Shown piece by piece: positions 52,425-55,679 of a stretch of 55,679 nt of DNA. The position numbers were made by a program, and so were the translations under genes. Origin of the DNA: Chiloscyllium plagiosum (lineage: Eukaryota); assembly GCF_004010195.1 (NCBI RefSeq), contig NC_057743.1, forward strand, positions 13,974,422 to 14,030,100. The letters run 5' to 3'. How positions within the stretch are numbered: position 1 is the stretch's first letter; every line of letters starts with the position of its first letter. The notes below the pieces were generated by a model that saw nothing but the letters and a program-made list of their open reading frames with translations, ran no database searches and was not told where the DNA came from.

Positions 52425-52553
52425 GGAGAAAGTGAGGACTGCAGATGCTGGAGATCAGAGCTGAAAAATGTGTTGCTGGAAAAGTACAGGTCAGGCAGCA
52501 TCAAAGGAGCAAGAGAATCGACATTTCGGGCATAAACCCTTCTTCAGGAATGA
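52425..52553 (-). mobile_element. Short Penelope-type end with hammerhead motif and 7-bp TSD
   Basis: Minus ttc CTGAAGA AGGG TTTATG CCC GAAA TGTC gattc; ATGACAG at 52418-52424 and 52554-52560. Confidence 0.75.
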
Positions 52554-53189
52554 ATGACAGTATATTAAAGATGAAAGACTGCTGCAACTAGAAAAAAAAA
52601 TCAAGAATCATTAAACATGGACAACAACAGGTTTGAAGTTTTGCTATCACAGCTCAGAGAGGAAGAATAGCCACATGGACCAGCTTCTACACAGTATACT
52701 TATAATCAGAAGGCTTCAAAAACACTAAACCCATTGATTACTTTTCATGAAAATGCACCCTGTTACATGGGCAAGCATTTCAAACCAGAATACAGGGTCC
52801 AATAACAGCAATCAAATTAATGACCAATTATATTATTTTTAATCAGATGTTGACCAGGAGTCCATGCTTTATGCACTCCTTGACACAGCATAAAGTGTGG
52901 CACTGGGAAAGCACAGCACATCAGGCAGCATCTGATTTTGGACATAAGCCCTGCATCAGGAATTTATTTTTAAAAAAGTCACACTAGGTTATATTCCCAA
53001 CAGGTTCTTCTCATTAGCACACAAGCCCATCATGTAAAGCACATCCTCCCCCACCCCCAGTTTTAAAAAAACCCAGGCTGGACTGGAAACATTAACTGGT
53101 TTCTCTTTCCACAAACGCTACCAGACCTGCTGAGTTTCTCCAGCACTTGGTCATCATTTATGGGTCATACTGGGAAGCAACGAGTGTGT

Positions 53190-53460
53190 CTGCCTGGATA
53201 GGAGGCCCGGTGGGAGCAGCGGGCTGGCCTGGGTCGGGAGGGCCGAAGGAACCGGGTAGGACACCCACCACCACAATCAGGGCGACACGCTGCTGCGACC
53301 CCGGGAAAAGCCGCGACCTTCGCTCCACGAGTCACCTGATTGCAAGCACCGTCACATGACTGTAGCGGAAGGCAGTGACGTCATTGCGGGGCACGTCCCG
53401 CCGTGCTGCTTCAACGCCATCTTTGATATGGGCGGAAGCATTTACCCCTCCCCCCCCGTT
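53190..53460 (-). promoter_or_regulatory. CpG-rich AP5B1 promoter and probable non-coding exon 1 (ends at 53336)
   Basis: CpG-dense patch with CRE TGACGTCA (53376-53383), GTCACATGAC E-box (53351-53360), ETS CGGAAG (53366-53371 and about 53433-53438), YY1 CGCCATCTT (53415-53423) and a minus-strand donor CAG|GTGACT. Confidence 0.75.
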
Positions 53461-53904
53461 AAAGGCAGCTTCTTTTTCATAGAAAATTAACCTTCATCTC
53501 CAATCTCTGATCTAGTTGTTGCTCCTTCCTTCTGAGCAGCACAAGCAAAATATCTATTTATTTTCTTCTCAAACTGCTGAGAGATATTACACACTCTAGA
53601 GCAGGTGGGTCTTGAACCCAGGCTCAGAAGTAAGAACTTTACCACTGCATCACAAGAGCCTTTTCTGTTTAGTTTCTAACATTAGAGTGAGGGTGGCGAT
53701 TTTACATAAATGCTCACAGGTCCCACTTAATAGTTTTCTATAATTTAACAGGTCTATAATGATAAATTGTAATCTCTGTGAAATTTTAAATTTCCATCAC
53801 CAATTTTACAGTAAGTAAAATTCACTTTCAAATGAGTGGTAAAAGTGGTCACAACTGGTGTATTCATAAGCCTTTCAATTTCAGAGCAGGAGGAGGCCAT
53901 CACA

Positions 53905-54365
53905 GAGTCATCGAGATGTACAGCATGGAAAAAGTCTCTTTAGTCCAACTCATCCATGCCAACCAGATATCCCAACCCAATCTAGTCCCACCTGCCAGTA
54001 CCCATCACCCTCCAAACCCTTCCTATTCATATACCCATACAGATGCATTTTAACTGTTGCAATTGTACTGGCCTTCACCACTTCCTCTGGCAGCTCATTC
54101 CATTGACATACCACCCTCTGAGTGAAAAAGCTGCCCCTTGGGTCTCTTTTATATCTTTCCCCTCTCATCCTGAACCTATGCCCTCTAGTTCTGGACTCCA
54201 CCACCCCAGGGAAAACACTTAGTCTATTTATCCTATCCATGCCCCTTATGATTTTGTAAACCTCTATAAGATCACCCCTCAGCCTCCACGCTCCAGGGAA
54301 AACAGTCCCAGCCTATTCAGCCTCTCCCTTTAGCTCAAATCCTCCAAGCCAGGCAACATCCTTTT
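53905..54365 (-). mobile_element. CR1 3' fragment
   Basis: ORF ESRTRGHRFRMRG...FFTQRVVCQWNELPEEVV. Confidence 0.88.
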
Positions 54366-54701
54366 GATGTTTTATGCTATGTTGTATCACCCCTGGATTT
54401 TGAAATCATGTTTGTACATTAAGGTCTAGGGCATTTATATATATCAGGAAAGGAGAGTGTGGTGATTGGAACATGGTCATCCAAGTTTAGAATATCAGTC
54501 CTGATGAAGGGTCTTGGCCCAAAACGTTGACTTTTCTGTTCTTCATATGCTGTCTGACCTGCTTTTCCAGCTCCACATCTATTAACTTTGGTTTTCAGCA
54601 TCTGCAGTCCTTACTATCTCCTATAGAATATAAGTTCCCTGACTGGGGCTGTAAACCTGGTCCAATCAGGGAGCCCTGGTTGACAGACATAACCAGAATG
54701 T

Positions 54702-55206
54702 TCATCCTGGCCAAACTGGCGATTAACAGGTCCAGGCAGCGGGCCGTGGAGGGGGTCGTTAGGGCCGACTGCCTGCCCCTCTTCCGCGGTTACGTTAGAG
54801 CCCGGGTGTCCTTGGAGAAGGAGCACGCGGTGTCGACCAACACCCTGGAGTTATTCAGGGAGAGGTGGGCGCCGCAGGGAGTGGAGTGCATCATTTCTCC
54901 CTCCAACTCTATTTTGATTTAGTCCCTACCCTCCCCTTCACTGTTTTGATCACACATGTTGAAACTTTATTGCTGGAACAGCACAGCAGGTCAGGCAGCA
55001 TCCAGGGAACAGGAGATTCGACGTTTCGGGCACAGGCCCTTCTTCAGGATCACACAGCACTGCCCTCTGATGTGAAGGGCAGTGTTTGTCACTGGCCACC
55101 CGGGTGTTTTCCTATCTTCCTGGTGGTGGAATTGAATTAAAGATTAGTGCACTTTGTGTCTTTCACTGTGTCTCACACCTGCACACACACACACACACAC
55201 AAAAAA
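54702..55206 (+). mobile_element. 5'-truncated Tx1-like (L1 clade) retrotransposon 3' end inside an LTR-type repeat (about 54466-55365)
   Basis: LAKLAINRSRQRAVEGVVRADCLPLFRGYVRARVSLEKEHAVSTNTLELFRERWAPQG...* (stop at 54922) resembles the Tx1 ORF2 C-terminus. CpG-rich, so probably young; ends in (CA)n plus an A-tail. Confidence 0.7.
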
Positions 55207-55286
55207 AAACAGGCATGTGGACTATTCACTCTGAGAGCCGAATCTTGAGGGAGCTGGACCAGTGTGTGTGTGTGTGTGTGTGTGTG
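55182..55286. repeat. (CA)n and (TG)n microsatellites in inverted arrangement
   Basis: (CA)n at about 55182-55200 and (TG)n at about 55263-55286. Confidence 0.9.
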
Positions 55287-55467
55287 GAAAAAAGAAGAAA
55301 AAAAGACAGTGAGCCAGCGGTTCTGTCCACTCTGAGCTGGCTTTGAGGAAGCTGGATCAGTCTTTCCACGTGGGAAAAAAAACTGATCCAGTTTTAGCAT
55401 CATCTGAAACAGAAGGTTTCACAGTCACAGGTGACAGCTGCAAATTAGCAGATTCCAACTCACTCAC

Positions 55468-55521
55468 CTTCTCACCCTTGTTACCTGGAACCCCCTTCAA
55501 TCCGGGTAGACCAGGTGGACC
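55468..55521 (-). CDS. Collagen-type Gly-X-Y exon of an unidentified collagen-domain gene (upstream part outside the window)
   Basis: tctctctcgctgtag|GPPGLPGLKGVPGNKGEK|gtgagt: six perfect Gly-X-Y triplets, canonical 54-nt phase 0-0 collagen exon, strong splice sites. Confidence 0.88.
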
Positions 55522-55679
55522 CTACAGCGAGAGAGAGAAATAGGACATCAGAATCAGAAATTGAATTACATCATCAGACCATTCTGAGTAAAGGGAGCTT
55601 GACTCTATCTCTGTCTCTTCCCTGTCCCTGGAGTGTTTGAGGGAGAACAGTGTAGAGGATGCTTTACTCTGTATCTAAC

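Noticed and set aside
53202-53255. Plus-strand 54-nt AG...GT segment reading GGPVGAAGWPGSGGPKEPG, collagen-like
   Set aside because: The Gly-X-Y register breaks, the phase is 1-1, the acceptor is weak, it is on the opposite strand to the real collagen exon, and it lies in a GC-rich promoter where Gly/Pro codons arise by chance.
55352-55391. Hairpin as a pre-miRNA
   Set aside because: Only about 40 nt, one arm is LTR-derived, and no recognisable mature miRNA.

Overview
Vertebrate genomic DNA, almost certainly from a shark or ray (inferred from dense HE1/V-SINE-like, DeuSINE-like and CR1-clade repeats). Four protein-coding units are supported. (1) P3H1/LEPRE1 coding exons 1-7 on the minus strand; the gene runs off the left edge. 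(2) A complete 5-exon C1orf50 orthologue on the plus strand (204 aa), head-to-head with P3H1. (3) AP5B1 on the minus strand (two coding exons, 926 aa, plus a probable non-coding first exon in a CpG-rich promoter near 53.4 kb). (4) A single 54-nt Gly-X-Y collagen exon at the right edge. Most short ORFs in the track are repeat-derived or noise. Two non-genic signals stand out. First, many Penelope-like retroelement ends carry minimal hammerhead-ribozyme motifs (CUGANGA...GAAA with a palindromic ACGU/AGCU helix III); some are intact, several have target-site duplications and several sit in fold-back arrangements. Second, two of three copies of one LTR-type repeat are interrupted at the same position by A-tailed inserts, one of them Tx1-like, suggesting a target-specific retrotransposon that parasitises another transposon. 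Exon boundaries were read base by base; repeat boundaries are approximate and family names come from recognition, not from a database search.
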